From Gammaproteobacteria bacterium (GTDB lineage: Bacteria; Pseudomonadota; Gammaproteobacteria; UBA4575): a stretch of DNA of 64,000 bases. The stretch's first letter is position 1. Each line of letters starts with the position of its first letter. The stretch is taken from the NCBI GenBank assembly GCA_965243395.1, contig CBDEUS010000001.1, positions 640,001 to 704,000 of the forward strand, written 5' to 3'. The position numbers and the translations under genes are program-made. This document shows, piece by piece, positions 1 through 10,127 of this stretch. Below the pieces are notes generated by a model. The model saw nothing but the letters and a program-made list of their open reading frames with translations, searched no databases and was not told the DNA's origin.

Positions 1-177
1 TTATTTGAATAAGTTGCAAACTCTCGCGTGTTTTGGAACTTATTATCGGGATGAAGTATTAAAAAATCCTGAAGGGGATAATCATCAAAATATTCGAAAC
101 TTTATGCAAACAGGGTGGCATAGTATTGAATTTGAAGGGACTGCGCTAAGACTAAAATAAAATATTTTAAAAATAAC

Positions 178-780
178 ATGCTATCTAAGCGCAAATTTTC
201 AGAGGCCTCAGAACAAAATAAAATTCCCATATTAGAAGTGCTGAATGAAGCATTTAGTGATTGCTATTCAGTTCTAGAGATTGGCAGTGGGTCAGGCCAA
301 CATGCAGTATATTTTGCCAAACATCTTAAACATTTAAGTTGGCAGCCTAGCGATTTGGCAGAGAATCTCAGTAGTATTCAAGCATGGATGGATGAAGAAT
401 TACTGGATAATATTTTCCCACCTATTGAATTAGATGTGAGATTACATCCTTGGCCTGTGAATAAGGTTGATGCTATTTATACAGCGAATACCTTTCATAT
501 TATGTCCTGGAAGACGATTGAAGACTTTTTCCGGGGTGTAGGCGTATTATTAAAATCTCAAGGAAAGTTATTAGTATATGGACCATTTAGTTATCATGGG
601 GAGCACACCAGCCCAAGTAATCAGCAATTTGATAGTCACCTGAAGCAAAGAGACCCATTAAGTGGAGTTCGGGATTTTGTTGAGCTGGATAAGCTAGCCC
701 AGGCGCAAGGGCTAAAGTGTATTGAAGATTTTGCTATGCCAGCAAACAATCGATGCTTGTTATGGCAAAACATCGAATAA
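178..780 (+). CDS. DUF938 family class I SAM-dependent methyltransferase
   Basis: VLEIGSGSGQHA SAM motif, WQPSD, YGPF and MPANN motifs typical of DUF938. Confidence 0.9.
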   Translation: MLSKRKFSEASEQNKIPILEVLNEAFSDCYSVLEIGSGSGQHAVYFAKHLKHLSWQPSDLAENLSSIQAWMDEELLDNIFPPIELDVRLHPWPVNKVDAIYTANTFHIMSWKTIEDFFRGVGVLLKSQGKLLVYGPFSYHGEHTSPSNQQFDSHLKQRDPLSGVRDFVELDKLAQAQGLKCIEDFAMPANNRCLLWQNIE

Positions 781-911
781 TCAAGTTTACCGCTTATCGT
801 GAAATTTTAACCTATTGTCTCGAATAGAGAAATGTGACCCAGTTCACATAGATAATAACCCTTCCCTAATTAATCTTATTGAGAGTATTTTAATCTTACC
901 TGGAGTTGGAA

Positions 912-1034
912 ATGGAAGCATTAATAATCATAGCAATACAGTTTGTAGTAGTAGGAGTTACATTAGTTGGTATGTGGCGCTTACTAAAAGAGCGAGACTA
1001 TTATCACGATAGTGAACTTAGACGTCATCACTAA
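912..1034 (+). CDS. Unannotated 40-aa single-pass membrane protein (MEALIIIAIQFVVVGVTLVGMWRLLKERDYYHDSELRRHH)
   Basis: GGAG RBS at 902-905, ATG 912, TAA 1032-1034, hydrophobic N-terminus with charged tail, followed by an intrinsic terminator. Confidence 0.7.
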   Translation: MEALIIIAIQFVVVGVTLVGMWRLLKERDYYHDSELRRHH

Positions 1035-1060
1035 AATTAGAACTACTTATTCCAAACTGC

Positions 1061-1088
1061 AAAGCCCGGCAATAGCCGGGCTTTTTTA
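1061..1088 (+). terminator. Rho-independent terminator
   Basis: aaagcccggc-aata-gccgggctttttt. Confidence 0.85.
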
Positions 1089-1344
1089 TATGTGTTTAAA
1101 ATAATGATTCTGTATATTTTGCTTGTTCATTGATAAATACTTCTTTGTGCCATCTAGCTAATGTGGTTCATCAATAACGAGACTAATTTTTATTATTAAG
1201 TGGTTGTTGCAATGTATAAGCTCTAATCATTCTATGAAGTTAGCTCTCATTTATATTCTAAATTATTAAAAATTTTCTACTAAAAAGTTTGCTGCACTTC
1301 GCATGCTAAAATAAGAATGAAGATTTAGTGATACTGGAGGGTTT

Positions 1345-2190
1345 ATGGCTAATAATATTGCAGTTTTAACTATCCACGGTATGGGCGATACCAAAAAAGG
1401 CTATTCGGATAATTTAAGAAAAATTTTAAGTCGGTCACTTGGTGGTAAATGGGGGCATGTACATTTTGGTGAAATATATTACCAAGATGTATTTCAAGAT
1501 CATCAAGTTAAGTTATTAGATCGATTCAAGAAAAATGACGATATTGATTTGATAAAGTTGCGAAGATTTCTATTATATGGTTTTTCTGATGCTGCTGGAT
1601 TAGAGCGTAAAGCTAATTTGCCTAATAGTGCTTATGAGCAAGTGCAAAATAATGTTCTAGATGAAATTGATGCTGCCTATGATGAGATAGGTGGTAAAGG
1701 CAAGGTAGTAATAGTCGCTCATTCGCTAGGGTGCCATGTAATTTCTAATTATATATGGGATGCACAATGTAAAATTGCATCACATGGTGCATGGTGTGAT
1801 GGTGGATTTGAAGATTCTCCAGCAGGTTCAGATTTGGATAAATTTCGACGCTTGAAAACTTTAAAATACTTATATTTTTCTGGTTGTAATATTCCAGTAT
1901 TTATAGCTGGGATTCCACAAGCAAAAATTCGATCCATTACTTCATCGAGTAAGGGCTATTCCTTTAAGTGGAAAAACTTTTATGATCCTGACGATGTCTT
2001 AGGCTGGCCGTTGAAAAATTTAAACACAAGAATGGGTAAACAAAGCTACAAAACCGAAGTAGATGAAGATAATGCGATTAACGTTGGAAATTTGATCACC
2101 ATGTGGAATCCACTAAGCCATACTGCTTATTGGAAAGATAAAGACTTCACAAACCCTTTGGCAAATGATATTGAGCGGTTAATTGGCTGA
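1345..2190 (+). CDS. Alpha/beta hydrolase-fold protein
   Basis: IHGMG oxyanion motif, AHSLG nucleophile elbow, DPDDVLG, SHTAYW; GGAGG RBS. Confidence 0.7.
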   Translation: MANNIAVLTIHGMGDTKKGYSDNLRKILSRSLGGKWGHVHFGEIYYQDVFQDHQVKLLDRFKKNDDIDLIKLRRFLLYGFSDAAGLERKANLPNSAYEQVQNNVLDEIDAAYDEIGGKGKVVIVAHSLGCHVISNYIWDAQCKIASHGAWCDGGFEDSPAGSDLDKFRRLKTLKYLYFSGCNIPVFIAGIPQAKIRSITSSSKGYSFKWKNFYDPDDVLGWPLKNLNTRMGKQSYKTEVDEDNAINVGNLITMWNPLSHTAYWKDKDFTNPLANDIERLIG

Positions 2191-2316
2191 TCCATAGGCC
2201 ACAATATTATTATGAAATATTAGAACACATTTTAAAGTGGCAATTACAATTTAAAAATACTGATTTTTAAACAAATTTTGATAAGCAATTAATTTGGTTC
2301 TTTTAAATTTCGCGAT

Positions 2317-3486
2317 TTAATTAACGAGATCCTTGGCTACTTCTTCCCGAAAATGAAAATTAACCGCTTGATTAATCATTATTGCGAAAGGAGACCATTG
2401 ATTATCTCGATTAATATAGCCTGCATAAGTGCTTACATTTTCTAAAGTTCCTGATTTGGCGAATATATTAGGTGTTTGGTTTGGCATAAGATATCTATAA
2501 GGCTCAAATTTTTGTAATACATCGATAAGTTGTTTTGCGCTCAAACGATTTTTTCTAGATAAACCGGCACCTTCAACCATAATATAGTTTGACCAATTAA
2601 AGTTATTATCAATATATTGATTAATGGCTTTTTGAGATTTTTCAAGATTTGCAGGTGCACCAAATTGTTTAGCGCCTAAATTTAAAAATAGTTGATTGGC
2701 TATAAAATTGTTTGAGTATTCAAGCATGGAAGCAATAATTTGTTCCAGGGTCTTACTATTTTGGTGTGTAAATAATAATTTTGCAGACTTAGGCACATCA
2801 CCACTTAAAAATAATGCATCCGTTGGAATTTCAGATCGGTTTAGTTTAGCTTTTAGTAGCTCATAAAAATATTGTGGACCATGTTCAGCTTTTCCAAGAT
2901 TAATACGATGAGTGCCAATGGTAAGTCCTTGAGCTAATTCACTAGCAAGCGGTGTTAGCGGCGTTTGTGTTTCACTACTACTAATACTGTCGTCGTATAC
3001 ACGTACATTGATGGTATTAAAGTTTGCAGCTATAGCCCCAACCGTTGCATCGTAAGGATTTAGAGAGCTACCTTGTCCATCTATAGAAATAGTTTTACTG
3101 AAATAACTAGTATCTAATCCAATCGTATCTAACTCGGTAATTTTCTGAGATGAAAATTTTTTAACGATAAGATCTAGTTCTTCCGAAGTGAGATAAGGGT
3201 CGCCGTATCCTTTGATCCACAAACTCTTTGCGTTAGGATCATAGAAAAAATCGGTTTTAAAATGATATTTGGGTCCCCAATAATCAAGTGCTATGAGCGA
3301 GGTTAAAACTTTTACAGTAGAAGCAGGTATATAAAGCTCATTTGGGTTTTTGGTTTGTAATACATTTTTATCTTTATCAATTAACAATAATGAAGAGGAT
3401 GGCAGATTTTTTAGAGTGTCAACCGGGCTTGCTGCAATACAATTTGTACAAAGCAAGAGGAATAGTATTAAGAGTGGAATGCGCAT
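2317..3486 (-). CDS. dacB: D-alanyl-D-alanine carboxypeptidase/endopeptidase (peptidase S13, PBP4)
   Basis: PASTVK (SxxK), SNN, KSG motifs; GYGDP; signal peptide. Confidence 0.85.
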   Translation of the reverse strand: MRIPLLILFLLLCTNCIAASPVDTLKNLPSSSLLLIDKDKNVLQTKNPNELYIPASTVKVLTSLIALDYWGPKYHFKTDFFYDPNAKSLWIKGYGDPYLTSEELDLIVKKFSSQKITELDTIGLDTSYFSKTISIDGQGSSLNPYDATVGAIAANFNTINVRVYDDSISSSETQTPLTPLASELAQGLTIGTHRINLGKAEHGPQYFYELLKAKLNRSEIPTDALFLSGDVPKSAKLLFTHQNSKTLEQIIASMLEYSNNFIANQLFLNLGAKQFGAPANLEKSQKAINQYIDNNFNWSNYIMVEGAGLSRKNRLSAKQLIDVLQKFEPYRYLMPNQTPNIFAKSGTLENVSTYAGYINRDNQWSPFAIMINQAVNFHFREEVAKDLVN

Positions 3487-3497
3487 AAGCTTGCGTG

Positions 3498-3800
3498 TTA
3501 TAGCTCGACTTCAAATCCTTCAAATTCGGGCTTACCGAGATATACCGGTTTAGCATCTCCAGCATTAGCATGTGCTTTTCTAAAAGCTTCAGATTTTGTC
3601 CAATCTTCAAACGCTTGTTTAGATTCCCAAATAGAGTGAGAAGCAAATAAACTATATTCATCAGTTTTGGGCCCACGTAATAAATTGAATTGTTTAAATC
3701 CGGGAACTTCGTCCAAGAATGTTTCTCGATTCCTCCAAATATCTAAGAAATCTTCTTCATTACCCGGAATAATTTTGAATCGGTTCATAGCTATAAACAT
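3498..3800 (-). CDS. ABM-family monooxygenase, IsdG/HmoA-like heme-degrading type
   Basis: MFIAMNRF, VPGF, W..SEAFRKAH. Confidence 0.8.
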   Translation of the reverse strand: MFIAMNRFKIIPGNEEDFLDIWRNRETFLDEVPGFKQFNLLRGPKTDEYSLFASHSIWESKQAFEDWTKSEAFRKAHANAGDAKPVYLGKPEFEGFEVEL

Positions 3801-3854
3801 ATTTCACCTAAGTTAGGTAGATAAAAAAATTAGATAAATTATTTCTCGAATAGT

Positions 3855-4385
3855 TCAGGCTGAGATGAGCACCTCATCATCACAATTAAAGTTTTCATCT
3901 GTGAATGCTTTTATTAAATAATATATTGTCGATACAAGCCCCCAAACTAGTCCAAGTACTACCCCAAAATCTAATAAGCCTTTCCAGGGTTGAGGAATAA
4001 GTCGAAAAGCAAATATAAAAGCTATAATCATGACAGTAAGTGCAAAGGTTGCAAACACACGTTTTTTGGGCGCATGAAAATAAGCCATGCAAAATAGTGG
4101 AGCTAATAATGTTTGTAACCACGTTGCATTGGACAACAAGTATTTACATCTTGCAGCAAATCGTGGAGAAAATTTTAATTGAAACCCTTTGTAACCTTCG
4201 CCATGCGCCATGAAGATTGCCCAACCTATGAACACTAACCAGTGCAACCAGTTGAGTGGCATAGTAAAGGATTCAATCGTATATAGTGACAAACGCCAGC
4301 TAGCAAAAACAAGTAATACAACTAAGCCAAAGATTGCCCATATAACAGCAAATATCCTTTTAATAGTGATATGTTCAAACTCCAT
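3855..4385 (-). CDS. Hypothetical multi-pass membrane protein
   Basis: 4-5 hydrophobic segments, EGYKGFQ..FSPR motif. Confidence 0.7.
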   Translation of the reverse strand: MEFEHITIKRIFAVIWAIFGLVVLLVFASWRLSLYTIESFTMPLNWLHWLVFIGWAIFMAHGEGYKGFQLKFSPRFAARCKYLLSNATWLQTLLAPLFCMAYFHAPKKRVFATFALTVMIIAFIFAFRLIPQPWKGLLDFGVVLGLVWGLVSTIYYLIKAFTDENFNCDDEVLISA

Positions 4386-4535
4386 TTTATATATAAGTCA
4401 ATTAAATTGGTTGAGGAAGTTGATTGTAGTCTAAATCAAATTATTCATTTCAGGTTATAATGTTTTCTTCAAACTGAACTACAATCCTGATTAAAAGCAT
4501 ATTTACTATATTAGTTAAAAATAAGGAGATAAATC

Positions 4536-4937
4536 ATGAAACTAATATTAACCTTTTTCTTGGTGTCATTGACCTCTTTGTCTTATGCAAACCAAGAAAT
4601 GAGTGAAGAACAAATGCAACAAATGATGCAGCAGGCTCAAGCTGCTCAAGAATGTTTTGCAAAGATAGATCCGGCTAAATTTGAAGCGCTTGAAGCTAGG
4701 GGTAGGGAAATGGAAAGCGAAATTCAAGGCTTGTGTGCAGCGGGCAAGCGCGATGAAGCTATGAAAACAGCTATGAAATATGGTAAAGAATTTAGCACCT
4801 CAGAAGATATGAAAGAAATACGTAAATGCAGTGAATTAATGCAAGGCATGATGGCAAATATGCCTATGCCAACGCCTTATATGCCACCAGAAGTGGATGA
4901 GGATAGCGAAAGCGAACATATCTGTGATGGCATGTAA
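4536..4937 (+). CDS. Secreted Met-rich hypothetical protein
   Basis: AGGAG RBS, Sec signal peptide, 16 Met and 4 Cys in 133 aa. Confidence 0.75.
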   Translation: MKLILTFFLVSLTSLSYANQEMSEEQMQQMMQQAQAAQECFAKIDPAKFEALEARGREMESEIQGLCAAGKRDEAMKTAMKYGKEFSTSEDMKEIRKCSELMQGMMANMPMPTPYMPPEVDEDSESEHICDGM

Positions 4938-4988
4938 AAAAATATTCGTTCAGAAGTAAAATCAGAACATTTTTTACAAGAGATATTA

Positions 4989-7076
4989 CTATTTCTTTGC
5001 TTCTGCGCGTTCTTTTGCTTCTTTAATTACTTCGTCTGCTACATTTTTAGGGCAAGGAAGGTAGTGTGAGAATTCCATTGAGAATTGTCCACGTCCAGAA
5101 GTCATGGTACGTAAATCACCGATATAGCCAAACATTTCGGATAACGGTACATCTGCTTTAACACGTGTGCCAGTAGCTCCGGCATCTTGTGATTTGATCA
5201 TGCCGCGGCGGCGATTAAGATCACCAATGACATCACCCACGTGATCTTCTGGGGTAAACACATCGACTTTCATAATCGGTTCTAGTAATTGTGGTCCTGC
5301 TTTAGGCATGCTTTGTCTATATGCTGCTTTAGAAGCGAGTTCGAAAGCTACTGCAGAAGAGTCGACAGCATGGAATGCACCATCAGTTAAGGTTACCTTT
5401 ACATCTAGGCACGGATATCCAGCAAGAACACCTTCGTCCATCATATCACCAAAGGCTTTTTGAATAGCTGGCCAGTATTCACGTGGGACATTACCTCCCG
5501 TTACAGAAGATTCAAATTCATAACCACTGTTTTGTTCACCTGGTTCAATAATGTAATCAATTTTACCAAACTGTCCTGCACCACCAGATTGTTTCTTATG
5601 TGTATAGGTATCTTCAACACGTTGTGTAATCGTTTCTCGATATGCAACTTGCGGTGCACCCGCTATTACTTCTACACCATGTGTACGTTTTAAAATATCG
5701 ATCTTAATGTCAAGGTGTAACTCACCCATACCTTTTAAGATCGTTTCGCCACTATCTTCATCGGTTGAAACCCTGAATGATGGGTCTTCTGCAACCATTT
5801 TACTTAACGCAACACCCATCTTTTCAGAAGCGCCTTTATCTTTTGGCGATATGGCCATTGAGATAACAGGATCAGGGAATACCATGGGTTCTAAAGTGGC
5901 AGGGTTATTTGGATCACAGAGTGTGTGACCTGTTTGCACATTCTTCATACCCAGAACCGCCACAATGTCGCCTGCTTGTGCAGAATCTAATTCTTCACGA
6001 GAGTCGGCATGCATTTCAACAATACGACCAATGCGTTCTGTTTTGCCGGTAAAGCTATTTAGTACAGTTGTTCCCTTATCTAATTTGCCCGAATAAATTC
6101 GAATGAAGGTGAGCGCTCCGTAACGGTCATCCATGATTTTAAACGCTAGTGCTCGCAATGGCTTGCCAGGATCAACTTCAGCAAACTCACCTGTTTCATT
6201 ACCTTCTAAGTCTACTTCGGGTTGTGGGGGCACTTCCGTAGGGGCAGGTAAGTAATCTACTACTGCATCTAAAACAAGTTGGATACCTTTATTTTTAAAT
6301 GCCGAACCGCAGTATGTTGGGAAAAAATCTAGTGCAATGGTTCCAGTGCGAATACATTGTTTTAAAGTATCAATGTCAGGTTCTTCACCATCTAAATATT
6401 TTTCCATTGCATCGTCATCATGTTCGAGAGCCGTTTCAACAAGCTCTTCACGATATTGTTCCACTTTGTCTTTAAACTCTTCAGGAACGTCTTGTTCTTT
6501 ATAGTTCATGGGATCGTCAGAACCTTCCCATATCCATGCTTTGCGTGTAAGTAAATCGATTACACCTGTGAAGTTATCTTCAGTTCCAATTGGTAAGGTC
6601 ATCACTAATGGTTTTGCACCCAATACTTTTTTAATTTGATCAACAACACTGTAAAAATCAGCGCCTAATCGATCTAATTTATTTACAAATATAATGCGTG
6701 CAACTTTAGACTCATTTGCGTAACGCCAGTTGGTCTCTGACTGAGGTTCAACACCACCAGACCCGCAAAATACACCAACACCGCCATCCAGAACCTTAAG
6801 CGAACGGTATACCTCAATAGTGAAATCGACGTGCCCGGGCGTGTCGATAATATTCAAACGATGGTCTTTCCAGAAAGTACTGGTGGCAGCTGATTGGATC
6901 GTAATGCCGCGCTCTCGCTCTTGATCCATAAAGTCTGTCGTGGCCTCGCCATCGTGCACTTCGCCAATTTTATGAATTTTTCCGGTTAGGCTGAGGATAC
7001 GCTCAGATGTAGTGGTTTTACCTGCGTCCACATGTGCGAAGATGCCAATGTTTCTATAATTTGATAGATCGCTCAT
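4989..7076 (-). CDS. fusA: Elongation factor G (stand-alone paralogue)
   Basis: [30 protein letters not shown]; not flanked by rpsL/rpsG/tuf. Confidence 0.95.
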   Translation of the reverse strand: MSDLSNYRNIGIFAHVDAGKTTTSERILSLTGKIHKIGEVHDGEATTDFMDQERERGITIQSAATSTFWKDHRLNIIDTPGHVDFTIEVYRSLKVLDGGVGVFCGSGGVEPQSETNWRYANESKVARIIFVNKLDRLGADFYSVVDQIKKVLGAKPLVMTLPIGTEDNFTGVIDLLTRKAWIWEGSDDPMNYKEQDVPEEFKDKVEQYREELVETALEHDDDAMEKYLDGEEPDIDTLKQCIRTGTIALDFFPTYCGSAFKNKGIQLVLDAVVDYLPAPTEVPPQPEVDLEGNETGEFAEVDPGKPLRALAFKIMDDRYGALTFIRIYSGKLDKGTTVLNSFTGKTERIGRIVEMHADSREELDSAQAGDIVAVLGMKNVQTGHTLCDPNNPATLEPMVFPDPVISMAISPKDKGASEKMGVALSKMVAEDPSFRVSTDEDSGETILKGMGELHLDIKIDILKRTHGVEVIAGAPQVAYRETITQRVEDTYTHKKQSGGAGQFGKIDYIIEPGEQNSGYEFESSVTGGNVPREYWPAIQKAFGDMMDEGVLAGYPCLDVKVTLTDGAFHAVDSSAVAFELASKAAYRQSMPKAGPQLLEPIMKVDVFTPEDHVGDVIGDLNRRRGMIKSQDAGATGTRVKADVPLSEMFGYIGDLRTMTSGRGQFSMEFSHYLPCPKNVADEVIKEAKERAEAKK

Positions 7077-7320
7077 TACCGTAACCTTTGTGTAATATAT
7101 TCAATAAGTTCTATGCTAAATTTGAAGTGTATTAATAGGGGCGCAAGTCTACTTGATTACGCGTGTAGGGGAAGCCCAAAGTGCTTCCATTCGTCCATTA
7201 AATCCTTCGAAAATTGAGAAAGCGGCGGATTCTGGCCTATATAAGAGAATGCTTCAATAGGGCGTAGGGGGTAAACCGCCAAACATCAGTGAATTTGAGA
7301 CACTTAAAAAATTAATGTGT

Positions 7321-10077
7321 TCAAGCGGCTTCTAATTTTAGTGCGCAGAATTTAAATTCTGGTATTTTCCCAAACGGGTCCAAAGCTTCATTTGTGAGAA
7401 GATTAGCTGCCGCTTCACGGTAGCAAAATGGCATGTAGACTTGGCCTGGGTTTACACCATGTTCTTCTCGAGCAAAACATTCCACTTCACCGCGCCTTGA
7501 GGAAAGTTTAATTTTATCGCCTACTTTCAGGCCAAGCTTTGCTAAATCACTTGGATTGATACTTGCAACGGGCACAGGTTCTATTGCATCTAACATACTT
7601 GCGCGACGCGTCATCGCACCAGTATGCCAATGTTCTAACTGACGCCCTGTAACTAATACGAAAGGAAACTCTTCATCTGGTAACTCATCAGCATTAGTGA
7701 ATTCCGCAGGGACAAATTTTCCGCGACCATTCTCGGTAGGGAAATCTTCCGTAAAAATGACGCTTTGGCCTGGATCATTTTCCTCTTCACAAGGATAGGT
7801 GATGGAGTGTTGCTGCTCTAAGCGGTCCCAAGTCATGCCTTTTATGCTGTCCATTCCCTGGCGCATTTCATCAAACACTTCTGATGGATAGTGATATTTC
7901 CAATCCGTTAATCCCATTCGAAGCGCAATTTCCTGAATAATCCACAAGTCTTGCTTGGCTTCTCCAGGTGGCATCAGCGCTTGCCTGCCTAATTGCACGC
8001 GTCGATCTGTATTGGTGAAGGTTCCGGTTTTTTCTGGAAATGCCGAGGCGGGTAATATGACATCAGCAAACCAGGCGGTTTCGGTCATAAAAATTTCTTG
8101 AACGACTAAGTGTTTGAGTGAAGCTAACGCTTTGCGTGCATGATTCAAATTGGGATCAGACATAGCCGGGTTTTCACCCATAACATACATACCGTGTAAT
8201 TTATCATCTGAAATAGCGTGCATGATTTCAACTACTGTTAAACCTGGCTTATCATCTAGTTCAGTATCCCAAAGCTTTTCGAAGCGAGCATGTGCTTCAG
8301 GACTATCTACGCGCTGATAGTCAGGAAATACCATAGGAATAAGTCCAACGTCTGAAGCACCTTGAACATTATTTTGGCCACGCAAAGGGTGTAATCCAGT
8401 TCCAGGTTTGCCAATTTGCCCTGTCATCATTGATAGCGCGATTAAACATCGTGCATTGTCGGTACCGTGAATATGTTGAGAAACGCCCATACCCCAAAAT
8501 ATTATCGATGCTTTAGAGCTTGCATATATTTTTGCTACTTCATGCAGTGTTGCCGCAGGGATACCGCAAATGTTTTCTACTTTTTCTGGTGAATATTTAA
8601 GAATGTGTTTTGCAAATGGCGCAAATTCCTCGGTACGATTTTTTATGAAGTCTTTATCAAGCAAGTCTTGTTTGATGATGGAATGCATAATGCCATTTAG
8701 CATGGCAACATCGGTATCCGGTTTAAACTGTAAGAAATAATCGGCATGTCGCGCTAAATCGGTACGGCGTGGATCCATGACAATGAGTTTTGCACCATTA
8801 TGTTTTGCATTTTTCATGAAGGTGGCTGCAACAGGATGATTTTCTGTTGCATTGGACCCAATTACGACGATTACTTCTGCTTGGGCTACATCTTCAACCG
8901 GGTTAGATACGGCACCTGAACCAATGCCTTCTAATAAAGCAACAACAGATGATGCGTGACATAATCGTGTGCAGTGATCAACGTTATTTGTTTTGAATCC
9001 TGTACGAACGAGCTTTTGGAATAAATAAGCTTCTTCATTAGAACCTTTTGCCGAACCAAAACCAGCAAGTGCGTTGGGCCCATGTTCATCGCGTATATTA
9101 GATAAACCTTTTGCAGCAAAATCTAATGCTTTCTCCCATGTGACTTTATGAAAATATTTATCGATGTCTTTGTAAGTAAGTTTGTCTAAATTATCTAAAT
9201 ATTTTGGTGTACCTTCCTTGCGAATTAATGGTGTTGTTAATCGTCCCGCATGATGAACATAATCAAAACCATATCGACCTTTTACACATAAGCGACTTTT
9301 ATTTGCGGGACCGTCACGACCGTCCACATAAATAATTTTTTCATCCTTGATGTTGTAGGTAAGCAAACAACCTACGCCACAGTATGGACATGTTGATTCA
9401 ACTTGACGGTCCGGTTGTAACATCCCTAGCTGGTTTGATGGCATTAGTGCGCCAGTAGGGCAGGCTTGAACGCATTCGCCACAGGCTACGCAAGTGCTAT
9501 CGCCCATTGGGTCTTGTATATCAAATACAATTTCTGAATGAGAACCGCGATTCGCGTAACCGATGACATCGTTATTTTGCACTTCTCTGCAAGCGCGCAC
9601 ACAACGTGTACATTGAATACATGCATCTAGATTGACTGCAATAGCTGGGTGAGATAAATCTTGCTCAGGGTTTTCGCGAGATTCAAATCTCGGCAATCCG
9701 ATTTCAAGTTTTTTTGACCAAAGATCTAATTCACTATTTAGCGTGTACTCACTCTCGGCCATATCTGACTGCAGTAGTTCTAACACCATCTTTTGTGAGT
9801 GTGTTACACGATCATTTTCAGTATGAACTACCATGCCTTCTGTTGGCGTGCGAACGCACGAAGGTTGTAAAACACGTTCACCTTCAATTTCAACCATGCA
9901 TGCACGACAATTGCCATCAGCACGCATACCAGGTTTATAGCACAAGTGAGGAATATCAATACCGTGCTGTTTGGCAGCTTCTAGAATACTTTCATTTTCA
10001 TATGCAGTAATTTCTTCACCATTAAGTGAAAATTTTACAGTTTTGAATTCTTGTAATTGTTCTGGATTTGCAGCCAT
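7321..10077 (-). CDS. fdhF: Mo/W-bisPGD formate dehydrogenase alpha subunit (Fdh1A/FdhF type)
   Basis: N-terminal 2Fe-2S and 4Fe-4S Cys motifs, CPYCGVGC, DHCTRLCHAS active site, LRGQNNVQG, PEFK C-terminus. Confidence 0.92.
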   Translation of the reverse strand: MAANPEQLQEFKTVKFSLNGEEITAYENESILEAAKQHGIDIPHLCYKPGMRADGNCRACMVEIEGERVLQPSCVRTPTEGMVVHTENDRVTHSQKMVLELLQSDMAESEYTLNSELDLWSKKLEIGLPRFESRENPEQDLSHPAIAVNLDACIQCTRCVRACREVQNNDVIGYANRGSHSEIVFDIQDPMGDSTCVACGECVQACPTGALMPSNQLGMLQPDRQVESTCPYCGVGCLLTYNIKDEKIIYVDGRDGPANKSRLCVKGRYGFDYVHHAGRLTTPLIRKEGTPKYLDNLDKLTYKDIDKYFHKVTWEKALDFAAKGLSNIRDEHGPNALAGFGSAKGSNEEAYLFQKLVRTGFKTNNVDHCTRLCHASSVVALLEGIGSGAVSNPVEDVAQAEVIVVIGSNATENHPVAATFMKNAKHNGAKLIVMDPRRTDLARHADYFLQFKPDTDVAMLNGIMHSIIKQDLLDKDFIKNRTEEFAPFAKHILKYSPEKVENICGIPAATLHEVAKIYASSKASIIFWGMGVSQHIHGTDNARCLIALSMMTGQIGKPGTGLHPLRGQNNVQGASDVGLIPMVFPDYQRVDSPEAHARFEKLWDTELDDKPGLTVVEIMHAISDDKLHGMYVMGENPAMSDPNLNHARKALASLKHLVVQEIFMTETAWFADVILPASAFPEKTGTFTNTDRRVQLGRQALMPPGEAKQDLWIIQEIALRMGLTDWKYHYPSEVFDEMRQGMDSIKGMTWDRLEQQHSITYPCEEENDPGQSVIFTEDFPTENGRGKFVPAEFTNADELPDEEFPFVLVTGRQLEHWHTGAMTRRASMLDAIEPVPVASINPSDLAKLGLKVGDKIKLSSRRGEVECFAREEHGVNPGQVYMPFCYREAAANLLTNEALDPFGKIPEFKFCALKLEAA

Positions 10078-10127
10078 CTATATGTACTCCAACATTCCTT
10101 ATTTGTTTAGCCTATATTTAAATACTT

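Noticed and set aside
815-1012. 65-aa ORF from the track
   Set aside because: TTG start without RBS; the overlapping 912-1034 frame has better signals
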